DNA of 64,000 bases from Candidatus Tayloriibacteriota bacterium (GCA_003151615.1 PLXZ01000001.1:134544-198543); one strand, 5' to 3'; shown: positions 19,132-27,687, numbered from the stretch's first letter. Translations and numbers: made by a program. The notes: a model not told the origin generated them from the letters alone.

Positions 19132-19231
19132 CTTATTTTATGGAATTTTTAGCGGTCGTATGCTAGGATAGGGAGGTTCTCAATTTTTGTTTCGCAGGCT
19201 TTTTCCGGGCGATTTTTGAAAATAATAATAT

Positions 19232-19307
19232 CGGAGCGTGGTGTAACGGCTAACATCCCTGTTTTGGGAACAGGTGACTCCGGGTTCGAATCCCGGCGCT
19301 CCGACCA
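19232..19307 (+). tRNA. tRNA-Pro(TGG)
   Basis: Acceptor CGGAGCG/CGCTCCG, anticodon arm CCTGT-TTTGGGA-ACAGG, GGTTCGAATCC, CCA encoded. Confidence 0.96.
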
Positions 19308-19337
19308 GTGTCCAAGTAGTTTTAAAGTTAAATAATT

Positions 19338-19408
19338 GCGGGACTAGTTTAATGGTAGAATAGGAGTTTTCCAAACTCTTGGTGGGAGTTCGATTCTCCC
19401 GTCCCGCA
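19338..19408 (+). tRNA. tRNA-Gly(TCC)
   Basis: Acceptor GCGGGAC/GTCCCGC, anticodon arm GGAGT-TTTCCAA-ACTCT, GTTCGATTC; no CCA. Confidence 0.94.
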
Positions 19409-19410
19409 CT

Positions 19411-19980
19411 ATGAATAAAAGATTGTTTGTCATTCACGGATGGTCGGGAAGTTCGAAAGAGCCTCTTATTGCGTGGCTAGGTAAAGTTGCCGACGAAGCA
19501 GGTTTTGAAACAACTGTTTTTGATATGCCAAATACGAATGTCCCCACTATTGATGCGTGGGTCAAACATCTCGACGAAAATGTAGGTTATATCGATCAGG
19601 ATACTTATTTCATTGCTCACAGCATTGGTTGTCAGGCGGTACTTCGATATTTGGAAACTAATAAAGGTTCGCTCCTCGGTGGTGCTATATTCGTTGCTCC
19701 TTGGCTGCAGTTAACCGGACTTGAAACAAAAGAAGAAGAGGATATTGCCCGGCCTTGGATTGATCGGCCGATTGATTTCCTGAATATCCGAAAAATGTCG
19801 GATAAATTCGTAACTATATTTTCTGATAATGACAAACTCGTACCTCTCGAAATAAATAAGGATTTGTTGATAAAGGCCCTGAACCCAAAAGTCATTATTG
19901 AGCACGGAAAAGGTCATTTTAGCGAGGAAGATGGGGTCGTGGAGTTGCTGGTGGTTATAGAAGAACTCAAGAATTTTTAA
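19411..19980 (+). CDS. RBBP9/YdeN-family alpha/beta hydrolase
   Basis: IHGW, AHSIGC nucleophile motif, SDND, GHF. Confidence 0.9.
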   Translation: MNKRLFVIHGWSGSSKEPLIAWLGKVADEAGFETTVFDMPNTNVPTIDAWVKHLDENVGYIDQDTYFIAHSIGCQAVLRYLETNKGSLLGGAIFVAPWLQLTGLETKEEEDIARPWIDRPIDFLNIRKMSDKFVTIFSDNDKLVPLEINKDLLIKALNPKVIIEHGKGHFSEEDGVVELLVVIEELKNF

Positions 19981-20034
19981 AAGGCATATCTGGTTGTCAA
20001 TAAAAGCTGGCCGCCATTTTGGAATTTTCTAATA

Positions 20035-20058
20035 AAAAAAGAAACCCCGTAGGGTTTC
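20035..20058 (-). terminator. Intrinsic terminator
   Basis: GAAACCC-CGTA-GGGTTTC hairpin with an A-run on its left (U-tract on the minus strand). Confidence 0.7.
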
Positions 20059-20076
20059 ATGTCTGTTGCGTTGTGG

Positions 20077-20532
20077 TTAATTTTTGTCCAAGAGCATTTG
20101 CTCAATGTCGAGCCATGAATTGGCTTTGTCCATATTTGAAATAATATGGGCGAATTGTTCAAGATCTTCGCTTCGCGGTCGGAATAAAATTCGATGAATG
20201 ACGCTTTCCGGCATGAAGTTCATTACTTCCGGACGGTCGTCAATGAAATGGGTGATTCCTAATTGTGCACAGATTGTGCCTTTTTCGCGGCGTTCCTGGC
20301 AGAAGTGCGCCCGTTTAATGGGAATACCTGTTCCTTTTTGGAACGAAGGGCTTTCAATCCAGTTTCTGGCCCGCACCTCCTGTTCCGGCGTTACTTTGGA
20401 AACAATGTAGATTCTATTTCCAAAGCGTTCCGCGGCGAGGCGCCGTATTACCCTGAACGATTCGGGGAATTCTTTTTTATTGGGATTATCGAGAATCGTA
20501 TATCCCAAATCAATGCCTAATATTTCAATCAT
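20077..20532 (-). CDS. HAD-superfamily-like small phosphatase/nucleotidase
   Basis: ILGIDLGYTI (variant motif I), IVSK, K, HFIDDR; ATG start at 20532. Confidence 0.65.
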   Translation of the reverse strand: MIEILGIDLGYTILDNPNKKEFPESFRVIRRLAAERFGNRIYIVSKVTPEQEVRARNWIESPSFQKGTGIPIKRAHFCQERREKGTICAQLGITHFIDDRPEVMNFMPESVIHRILFRPRSEDLEQFAHIISNMDKANSWLDIEQMLLDKN

Positions 20533-20723
20533 AAATTGCCTTTTCAAATGTTTGTCCTTTTTGAAATTAGCATGTTTCTTTCCTGTTGGCAAACAAAAAA
20601 CCACCCTAAGGTGGTCTCTTGGCGTCCATGAGGGATGGACGAACTTTGAAGCTATTTGCGTCGACGCGTTCGTATTTGCTTGCGCAAATCCTCACATTGC
20701 GACGTAAATAGTTCTGGGTAGAA

Positions 20724-20996
20724 CTATTTAACAGCTTCTTTCAAAGCCTTTGCGGCGCGGAACTTTGGAACCTTCATGGCTGCAACCTTGATGGTTTCGC
20801 CTGTTCGAGGGTTTCGAGCGTCGCGTGCTGCGCGCTGCTTGACCGAGAAGATGCCGAGGCCGGCAACTGAGACTTCCTCGCCTTTCTTCAAAGTGTTGAC
20901 GATAGAGTCGAAAACAACGTCTACGGCCTGTTCAGCCTGGACCTTTGTGCCGCCCAATATTGCATGGACTGCGTCTACGATTCCTGCTTTATTCAT
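20724..20996 (-). CDS. hup: HU family DNA-binding protein
   Basis: MNKA...GLGIFSVKQRAARDARNPRTGE...PKFRAAKALKEAV. Confidence 0.97.
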   Translation of the reverse strand: MNKAGIVDAVHAILGGTKVQAEQAVDVVFDSIVNTLKKGEEVSVAGLGIFSVKQRAARDARNPRTGETIKVAAMKVPKFRAAKALKEAVK

Positions 20997-21169
20997 TTTT
21001 TGTTTATTAAATATAAATAATAATGCCTAATCCCTGCAATCATTATATATGAAGCCGTTTTTTGCGCAATGGGCTCAAAATTGCGACATAATTTGTCGGA
21101 TAAGGCAAAAAAATGTTGAAATTATCAAAAAATTCCCGTATTTTTCGGAAATAATGTAGTATTAGATAT

Positions 21170-22177
21170 ATGGAAAAGACCAAATCTCAAATCGTCATAT
21201 ACAAAGATCACAATGGAAACGTAAAAATTGACGTGCGTTTTGACGGCGATACGGTGTGGCTGACGCAGGCCCATATGGCTGAATTGTTCGATAAGGATCG
21301 AAAAACAATTACTGAGCATATCAAAAATATCTTTACGGAGACTGAATTGATCGAGGATTCAGTATGCCGGAAATTCCAGCATACTGCCCCTGACGGCAAG
21401 AAATATATGGTTAATTTCTACAATCTAGACGCTATCATTGCCGTAGGATACCGGGTAAAATCTCCGCAAGGCACAGCATTTCGCCAGTGGGCGACGGCGC
21501 GATTGTCCGAATATGTAGTGAAAGGCTTCGTGCTCGACGATGAACGTCTGAAGAATCCGGATCTGCCATTCGATTATTTTGAGGAATTGACGCGTCGCAT
21601 TGCGGATATTCGCGCGAGCGAGAAACGCTTTTATCGGAAAATCACGGATATTTACGCGACGAGCGTCGATTATGATCCGACCGACGAGCAGAGTATCCTT
21701 TTTTTCAAAACGGTTCAGAATAAGGTTCATTATGCCATTACGGGCAAGACCGCGGCGGAAATTGTTGCGGGAAGAATTGATTCCGGCAAGAAAAATCTAG
21801 GGCTGACTCATTTTCGAGGGGCAAAGCCGACGAAGGACGAGGTTATGATCGCGAAAAATTATTTGAATGAAAAGGAATTGCTGGAGTTGAATAATTTGGT
21901 GGAGCAGTATTTGATTTTTGCGGAAGGGCAAGCCTTGCGTCGCGTGTCGATGAAGATGAAGGATTGGATCGAGAAACTCAACGGATTTTTGACCATTAAT
22001 GACCGCGATATTTTGAAGGACGCCGGCAGAATTTCCCATGAATTGATGAAGGAAATCGCCGAACGGAAATTTGAGGAATATAAGCGGGTGGAAGCGAAAC
22101 AGGATGTCGGTTTTGACGAGGCGGCGCTGAAGGTGGTTGAGGGGGTGAAGGAAATGAAGGGTCGGAAATTAAATTAG
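21170..22177 (+). CDS. Virulence RhuM family protein
   Basis: TVWLTQAHMAELF, YNLDAIIAVGYRVKS, FRQWAT, IRASEKRFY and QNKVHYA motifs. Confidence 0.9.
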   Translation: MEKTKSQIVIYKDHNGNVKIDVRFDGDTVWLTQAHMAELFDKDRKTITEHIKNIFTETELIEDSVCRKFQHTAPDGKKYMVNFYNLDAIIAVGYRVKSPQGTAFRQWATARLSEYVVKGFVLDDERLKNPDLPFDYFEELTRRIADIRASEKRFYRKITDIYATSVDYDPTDEQSILFFKTVQNKVHYAITGKTAAEIVAGRIDSGKKNLGLTHFRGAKPTKDEVMIAKNYLNEKELLELNNLVEQYLIFAEGQALRRVSMKMKDWIEKLNGFLTINDRDILKDAGRISHELMKEIAERKFEEYKRVEAKQDVGFDEAALKVVEGVKEMKGRKLN

Positions 22178-22199
22178 GGTTTAATGTTATTATTTAATT

Positions 22200-22679
22200 A
22201 TGGAAAATCTAGAAAAAGGAGCTGAAAACATTGAATCGGAGAAATTAGTTTATCATTTTGATGTGAGACAAAAACATCCCGAGTCAAAAGAACTGTATAA
22301 AAAGATAGGCGACGGCTCCGGTGATTTTGAAAAAATGCTAAAAGAGTGGGCAAATCCTTTTACGGATCTCGATGGGAGAGAAATACTATATAAAGATACT
22401 AAAGCAGGTACTATTCATGTTCGAGAAGAACCTTTTCCTCAATGTACTTATAAAACAGATGGTCACCAGGATTGCGGTTTTTTTTATCAAATTGAAGTCG
22501 ATATAGAATCGAAAGACATCGACATGCAAACTGCGATTCAATTAGTGCAAGAAGCGGCACATGGACGAAGAGTGGATTACTTTGAACTTCAAGAGCAGGT
22601 TAAAGTGGAGGACGGATATTCAATCAAAGAGAAATATCTTGTTGATCCCAAGACATCAAAAGCAAGTCCACACATTTAA
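22200..22679 (+). CDS. Hypothetical protein
   Basis: 159-aa ORF directly after rhuM, AT-rich, no recognised motif. Confidence 0.6.
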   Translation: MENLEKGAENIESEKLVYHFDVRQKHPESKELYKKIGDGSGDFEKMLKEWANPFTDLDGREILYKDTKAGTIHVREEPFPQCTYKTDGHQDCGFFYQIEVDIESKDIDMQTAIQLVQEAAHGRRVDYFELQEQVKVEDGYSIKEKYLVDPKTSKASPHI

Positions 22680-23476
22680 AATTTCCCCGTACCTTTCCAT
22701 GAAAGTTCAAAAATCATGCGCATCATGTTGTGAATCGTTTCATCCTCGATGATGATGCCTGTCAAATATTCCTTATTGAGATTAACAACGGCGACTTTGT
22801 TCGTGCCATAAATGGTGATCTCGCCTTTAAAGGGGAATTTCGCGGCTGGAACATAACGGATCTGTGGTACAACCTCCTTTTTGTAGCCGGCAAAGAAGCG
22901 ATCGTTGTAGGTACGGTCTGCTTTTGTATCGGGAATGATGCCACGCGTCGTGATGCCGAGCTTTTCCTTGGTCCGACGGAATTCTTCGAAGAATTTTTTC
23001 GGGAAGACATGTTCGAGCTCGGCCGCATTGGAAAATGCCAACATTTCATATTTTTTGCCGATATCAAGCATATCTCTATATATAGCGAGGATACCGTCCT
23101 GATTTTCGAAATAGAGAACCTTTGGCTTGTTGGAAAGCAGGGAATAGAGGCCTTCGAATTCGGGAATGAGCTTTTGGACCTGTTCCAGTTGTTCATTTGC
23201 CGCCGCAATTTTATTTTTTGCGTAGCGAATGATGTTGTCGGGCTTTTCAATCTGATAATAGAGCTTGTTTTTCTTCTCAATTTCATTGACCAGACCGCGG
23301 ATGGAGAGATCAGTCAGAATTTTGTAGACAGTCGATCGGTTAAGTCCGCAATATTCGGTGATGCGCGACGGGTATGCGCCGCCAAGCTCGAGCACGGAGA
23401 TATAAACCAAAGCTTCTTTGTCCGTGAAGCCCGATTTTTTTAATTTTTCCAAAAAACCTGAATTTTTGATCTGCAT
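22676..23476 (-). CDS. TrmB family transcriptional regulator (wHTH plus PLD-like effector domain)
   Basis: L.K.GFTDKEALVY.S.LELG...I...GLNRSTVY..L..L...GLV; KPKVLYFE; I.IYG.NKV; ATG start at 23476. Confidence 0.88.
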   Translation of the reverse strand: MQIKNSGFLEKLKKSGFTDKEALVYISVLELGGAYPSRITEYCGLNRSTVYKILTDLSIRGLVNEIEKKNKLYYQIEKPDNIIRYAKNKIAAANEQLEQVQKLIPEFEGLYSLLSNKPKVLYFENQDGILAIYRDMLDIGKKYEMLAFSNAAELEHVFPKKFFEEFRRTKEKLGITTRGIIPDTKADRTYNDRFFAGYKKEVVPQIRYVPAAKFPFKGEITIYGTNKVAVVNLNKEYLTGIIIEDETIHNMMRMIFELSWKGTGKF

Positions 23477-23596
23477 AATAGTAGGTTTAGGGTAGCAAAT
23501 TTTCCCATTTTTGTCAATTGTTACGAACAAAATATATCATTATATTAAAATATGTTGATAAATAATAGTTTTATTATTTTATTTAGATATTTATAA

Positions 23597-23625
23597 TTGA
23601 CAATATAATCTAATCATGCTATGAT
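23597..23625 (+). promoter_or_regulatory. Near-consensus sigma70 promoter
   Basis: TTGACA (23597-602), 17-bp spacer, TATGAT (23620-25), with extended -10 TG at 23617-18. Confidence 0.8.
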
Positions 23626-23718
23626 GATCCCAGAAAGATGAGTTCTTTGATACGACCATGTTCACAGCAGTCCTCACGGATTGCGCATGGAAGACAGGGG
23701 ATTCGAGGAAAGGAATTT

Positions 23719-24045
23719 ATGAGCACTTTCAACTACTCCATCGGCGATTTCACTAGTAACGGCATTAAAATCAACCTGGAAACATGGGTAACGGAATGGG
23801 GTGGAATTGGAATTCTCCATTACGATCGCTACATCAACATTAGAGGCGTTAACAGGGATGGCACACTCTTCGAAAGGGGATGGGTGTTTGGCTACCAAAG
23901 AAACCATAATGAAGGAGAAGTAGATTCTTTCTTAGCAGAGAAAGGTTTCTCTGGCTTCAGAACGCTTGTTTCTTCCATAGAACGTTCCAACGCCCCAACA
24001 TCATCGTATCAAGCGCGCCGCTACCTAACGCGCAATCACGGGTAG
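23719..24045 (+). CDS. Hypothetical protein ORF-A (108 aa)
   Basis: ATG at 23719 preceded by GGAAAGGA; no recognised family. Confidence 0.6.
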   Translation: MSTFNYSIGDFTSNGIKINLETWVTEWGGIGILHYDRYINIRGVNRDGTLFERGWVFGYQRNHNEGEVDSFLAEKGFSGFRTLVSSIERSNAPTSSYQARRYLTRNHG

Positions 24046-24089
24046 TATTTCAGCGGAATATTACCCCAAGGGTGTGAAAAATGCACACC

Positions 24090-24142
24090 TTCTGTCCGAG
24101 AGTGAGTACTCTCGCTGACGAGCTCGAAAGAGCGAAACAGAA
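24090..24142 (+). ncRNA. Type III hammerhead ribozyme 1 (predicted cleavage after C24096)
   Basis: TTCTG-TC | CGAGAG-TGAGTA-CTCTCG | CTGACGA | GCTC-GAAA-GAGC | GAAA-CAGAA: complete core CUGAnGA/GAAA/GUC with all three stems paired. Confidence 0.92.
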
Positions 24143-24252
24143 TGTTCTTTACATTAAAGGCTCTCACTACCTATTACAAAAGTGAGCTGTTTTGCGGTGC
24201 TGGCTCGTCACTAGTTCGCGCTTCAGTGAAAAAAGCGGTTATGGAGGTGCCC

Positions 24253-24597
24253 ATGGGCCTACTCCGTACCAACGAGTTTCCGCCGAACCCGCATGCACAG
24301 CCTGAACAGTTTCAGGAACACATGAGTGGCAAAGCGACGACTGAGTTGGTCGCGGAAAAGCAGACTCCGGAGGAAGAGAATCTTTCGCTGTTGCAAAACA
24401 GTGAAGGAAATCTATTCCTCGCGGATGGTGCACGCTTGTATCGAGTTCTCGACTTCACTTTTCTGGGAATTGAAGCAAAGACTCTCGACACGAGCGAGCA
24501 CAAGGTTTACCACCTTTCCAATGCAGCGTTTATCCGCCTTGCGGCCGAACGTGATGTGTTGGAGAAGGAGTTGACCACTGCTCCCGCTGAAGGATAG
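24253..24597 (+). CDS. Hypothetical protein ORF-B (114 aa), flanked by the two hammerheads
   Basis: SD GGAGGT at 24243-48 before ATG 24253; no recognised family. Confidence 0.6.
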   Translation: MGLLRTNEFPPNPHAQPEQFQEHMSGKATTELVAEKQTPEEENLSLLQNSEGNLFLADGARLYRVLDFTFLGIEAKTLDTSEHKVYHLSNAAFIRLAAERDVLEKELTTAPAEG

Positions 24598-24684
24598 TGC
24601 TAACCTTCAATTCAGAAGCACTAATTTTTGTCACCTTTCTAAAAGCGTGAGTCTGGCGTGCAGCGCTGGGAATGAAAATTCTCG

Positions 24685-24734
24685 TCCGTCTCGGAATATA
24701 TTTCCGACTGATGAGTCCACAAGGACGAAACGGA
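24685..24734 (+). ncRNA. Type III hammerhead ribozyme 2 (predicted cleavage after C24690)
   Basis: TCCG-TC | TCGGAA-TATAT-TTCCGA | CTGATGA | GTCC-ACAA-GGAC | GAAA-CGGA: complete core with all three stems paired. Confidence 0.93.
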
Positions 24735-24759
24735 ATTTATTAAATAGTCACTCTAAAAA

Positions 24760-25875
24760 ATGAATAAAACAAATAAAATAATTGCAGGTATTGTTGTGGT
24801 TGTCTTGGCAGTATGGGGTATTTCATACCTTGCAACACCGAAAGGGCCAACAACAAAACCTACCATAAAAATTGGTGTCACTTTGCCGCTCACGGGAGGT
24901 GTCGCTACACTTGGTCAAGCGAATAAGAATGCGATTCTGTTGGCATATTCCCAACTTCCTAAAGATACAAAATACAATTATCAGCTTATTTTTGAAGATG
25001 ATGCTTTTAATCCGGCCACGGGCGCATCGACGGCAAATAAATTGATAAGCGTTGACGGCGTATCGGCTTTGATATCATTCGGTTCGCCGGTGGGAAATGT
25101 CGTCAGCCCGATTGCCGAGCAGAATCATATAACCCATATCAATGATTTCGCATCGGATCCTCATGTTGCGAGCGGAACTTATAATTTCGTCGACTATACG
25201 CCCGCATATCAGGATGCAAAAGTATTCTTCCCTGAATTAGAAAAACGCAACATACACACGATTGTTTTCTTTGGTCAGCAGGATAATACAGGGGCGCTCG
25301 CGCTTATCAGTACGTTCTTAAGCGTTGCTTCGAGCACTCCGTCAATCAAAGTCCTCTCTACGCAGATGTTCAATACTGGAACGACGGATTTCCGCACACA
25401 GATTGACAAGGTAAAAGGACTTAATCCGGACATTTATGTGTTTGAAGCAAGCAGTCCCGAGCTCGAAATCCTGACGAAACAACTTCGTCAGGAAGGCGTG
25501 AATACTCCCATAACGACAATGGAAGCTTTTGATTTCTCGAGCCAGCTATCGCTTTTCGAAGGCGATTGGTATGTGGATGCGGCGGATCCTACGTCATTGT
25601 TTACCGATCTATATACGAAAACATATGGCATTGCTCCTTTGGCTGGCGCCGCAAACGGTTACGATTCATTCAATATGATTGTTCAGTCGGTAGAAACCGT
25701 CGGCGATGGAAAAACTATACCGTCGAGCACCGCTATTGCCCACGCAGTTGCGCAGATAAAAGGTTTCAATGGAGCTCTTGGAAATAATCTAAGCGTCGGT
25801 TCAGACCATCTGGTCGTATCCCAAGCCGTTGTTAAAATGATAGAAAACGGCAAGCCGGTGACGATAGCACAGTAG
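24760..25875 (+). CDS. LivJ/LivK-type ABC substrate-binding protein 1 (N-terminal TM anchor)
   Basis: IKIGVTLPLTG..A..G, FEDD, DFRTQI and A.GYD motifs of the Leu/Ile/Val-binding (PBP1) fold. Confidence 0.88.
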   Translation: MNKTNKIIAGIVVVVLAVWGISYLATPKGPTTKPTIKIGVTLPLTGGVATLGQANKNAILLAYSQLPKDTKYNYQLIFEDDAFNPATGASTANKLISVDGVSALISFGSPVGNVVSPIAEQNHITHINDFASDPHVASGTYNFVDYTPAYQDAKVFFPELEKRNIHTIVFFGQQDNTGALALISTFLSVASSTPSIKVLSTQMFNTGTTDFRTQIDKVKGLNPDIYVFEASSPELEILTKQLRQEGVNTPITTMEAFDFSSQLSLFEGDWYVDAADPTSLFTDLYTKTYGIAPLAGAANGYDSFNMIVQSVETVGDGKTIPSSTAIAHAVAQIKGFNGALGNNLSVGSDHLVVSQAVVKMIENGKPVTIAQ

Positions 25876-25901
25876 GGATGTATTCCAATTTTGTCGACTT
25901 G

Positions 25902-25930
25902 AACCGCTTCCCCGCAGAAGCGGTTTTTGT
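25902..25930 (+). terminator. Intrinsic terminator after SBP1
   Basis: AACCGCTTC-CCCGCA-GAAGCGGTT followed by TTTGT. Confidence 0.75.
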
Positions 25931-25952
25931 TGTAGAATGACGTAACATCAAT

Positions 25953-26819
25953 ATGAGTATCATTCCTCAACTCATAGTCAATTCCATAATTGCCGGAGCG
26001 ATTTATAGCATGGTCGCTCTCGGTTTTAATTTGATTTACGGCACGGCAAAGTTTTTTGACCTGGGTTACGGGGCGTTGGCGGCTGTCGGCGGGTACACGG
26101 TTTTTTATTTTTACGACGGTCTCGGCATCAATCTTTATGCTTCCATTATTTTGGGAGTTTTTGTTTCCGGAGCTATCGGCGTTCTTATATACCGCCTGGT
26201 TTATGCGCCGTTGCGCAAACGAAAATCGTCGAGCATGGTCCTTCTTGTCGCTTCGCTCGGCGTCATGACAGCTCTCCAGTCAATTGTCGCCATTATATTC
26301 ACCAGTCAATTTCAAACTCTGTCGCGCGATGCCGGCGCGGAGAGAATTTACACAATTTTTGGCGGCGTGATTACCCAGACTCAACTCGTTACGCTTATTC
26401 TCGGTGTTCTTATCATGATTTCCATAGGACTGACTTTTCGATATACGCTTTTCGGCAAAGCCATCAAAGCGGTGGGCGACGACGAAGAAGTTTCTAAAAT
26501 TGTCGGCATCAATACGACTAAAATTATCGGCTGGGTATTTTTTATCGGTTCCGCAATTGCCGGTTTGGCCGGGATATTAGTAGGCTTTGACACCGGCATA
26601 GAGCCGACCATGGGACTGGATCTTCTTCTGAAAGGCGTTATCGCTTCGATTATCGGCGGCATAGGGAATGTGTATGGAGGAGTTCTTGGCGCATTTCTGC
26701 TCGGCTTCATCGAAAATTTCGGCATATGGAAAATATCGGGGGAATGGAAAGACGCCATAGCATTTGCGGTACTTATCATTTTTCTCTTGTTTCGGCCGCA
26801 GGGAATATTAAAAAAGTAA
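25953..26819 (+). CDS. livH: Branched-chain amino acid ABC permease LivH
   Basis: GAIYSMVALGFNLIYG, GKAIKAV, GGIGN..G..LG and RPQGI motifs. Confidence 0.9.
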   Translation: MSIIPQLIVNSIIAGAIYSMVALGFNLIYGTAKFFDLGYGALAAVGGYTVFYFYDGLGINLYASIILGVFVSGAIGVLIYRLVYAPLRKRKSSSMVLLVASLGVMTALQSIVAIIFTSQFQTLSRDAGAERIYTIFGGVITQTQLVTLILGVLIMISIGLTFRYTLFGKAIKAVGDDEEVSKIVGINTTKIIGWVFFIGSAIAGLAGILVGFDTGIEPTMGLDLLLKGVIASIIGGIGNVYGGVLGAFLLGFIENFGIWKISGEWKDAIAFAVLIIFLLFRPQGILKK

Positions 26820-26820
26820 A

Positions 26821-27687
26821 ATGGAATATCTGATTCACATCGCCATACTGATATCGATATACGCCATACTCGGCCTTTCTTTGAATCTTGTCGTTGGTTT
26901 TACGGGGCTTTTGTCGGTGACCCAGGCGGCTTTTTACGGCATTGGCGCATATGCCACAGCTATTTTATTGGTTTCAACCGGTATGAATTTTTTCCTCGCC
27001 ATGTTTATCGGAATGATTATAACCGGCATTATCGCATTGGTCATGGGCTTTGTCCTGTCGAAATTCAAGGATGATTATTATGCCCTCGGCTCGTTCGGTT
27101 TCAACGTTATCATATACAGCATATTTTTAAATTGGCAGTCGTTGACGAACGGTCCATTGGGAATTCCCGGCATTCCGAGGCCGACACTGTTTGGGTTTAC
27201 ATTTTCTGAGAATGCATGGTTTCTGGTTCTTTCGGCCGGATGCGCGGTTGCCATATATTTTATTTGCCAATTCATCACAAAATCGTCATTCGGCCGCGTT
27301 CTCAAGGCAATACGCGAAGATGATAAAGCCATCGCCGTTTTCGGGTATCGTACGCTCTGGTATAAACTTGCCATTTTTGTCATTTCGGCAGTGATGGCGG
27401 CTGTGGCGGGTTCACTATTTGCCTCGTACATTACTTTCATCGATCCGTCGAGTTTTACTCTGACGGAATCTATCTTTATTTTGGCCATTGTCATTCTCGG
27501 CGGTTTGGCCAGCAACAAAGGCGCCATCTGGGGTGCTGTTTTTCTAATACTTTTACCAGAGATCTTGCGTTTTGTTGGCTTTCCCGACGAAATCGCGGCG
27601 CAAATGCGGCAGGTAGTTTACGGTCTTATATTGATTTTACTTATGCTTTACAGGCCGCAGGGACTGGTTGGGGAATATAGGTTATAA
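26821..27687 (+). CDS. livM: Branched-chain amino acid ABC permease LivM
   Basis: SLNLVVGFTGLLS..QAAFYGIGAY, LTNGPLG, FGRVLKAIRED and RPQGL motifs. Confidence 0.9.
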   Translation: MEYLIHIAILISIYAILGLSLNLVVGFTGLLSVTQAAFYGIGAYATAILLVSTGMNFFLAMFIGMIITGIIALVMGFVLSKFKDDYYALGSFGFNVIIYSIFLNWQSLTNGPLGIPGIPRPTLFGFTFSENAWFLVLSAGCAVAIYFICQFITKSSFGRVLKAIREDDKAIAVFGYRTLWYKLAIFVISAVMAAVAGSLFASYITFIDPSSFTLTESIFILAIVILGGLASNKGAIWGAVFLILLPEILRFVGFPDEIAAQMRQVVYGLILILLMLYRPQGLVGEYRL

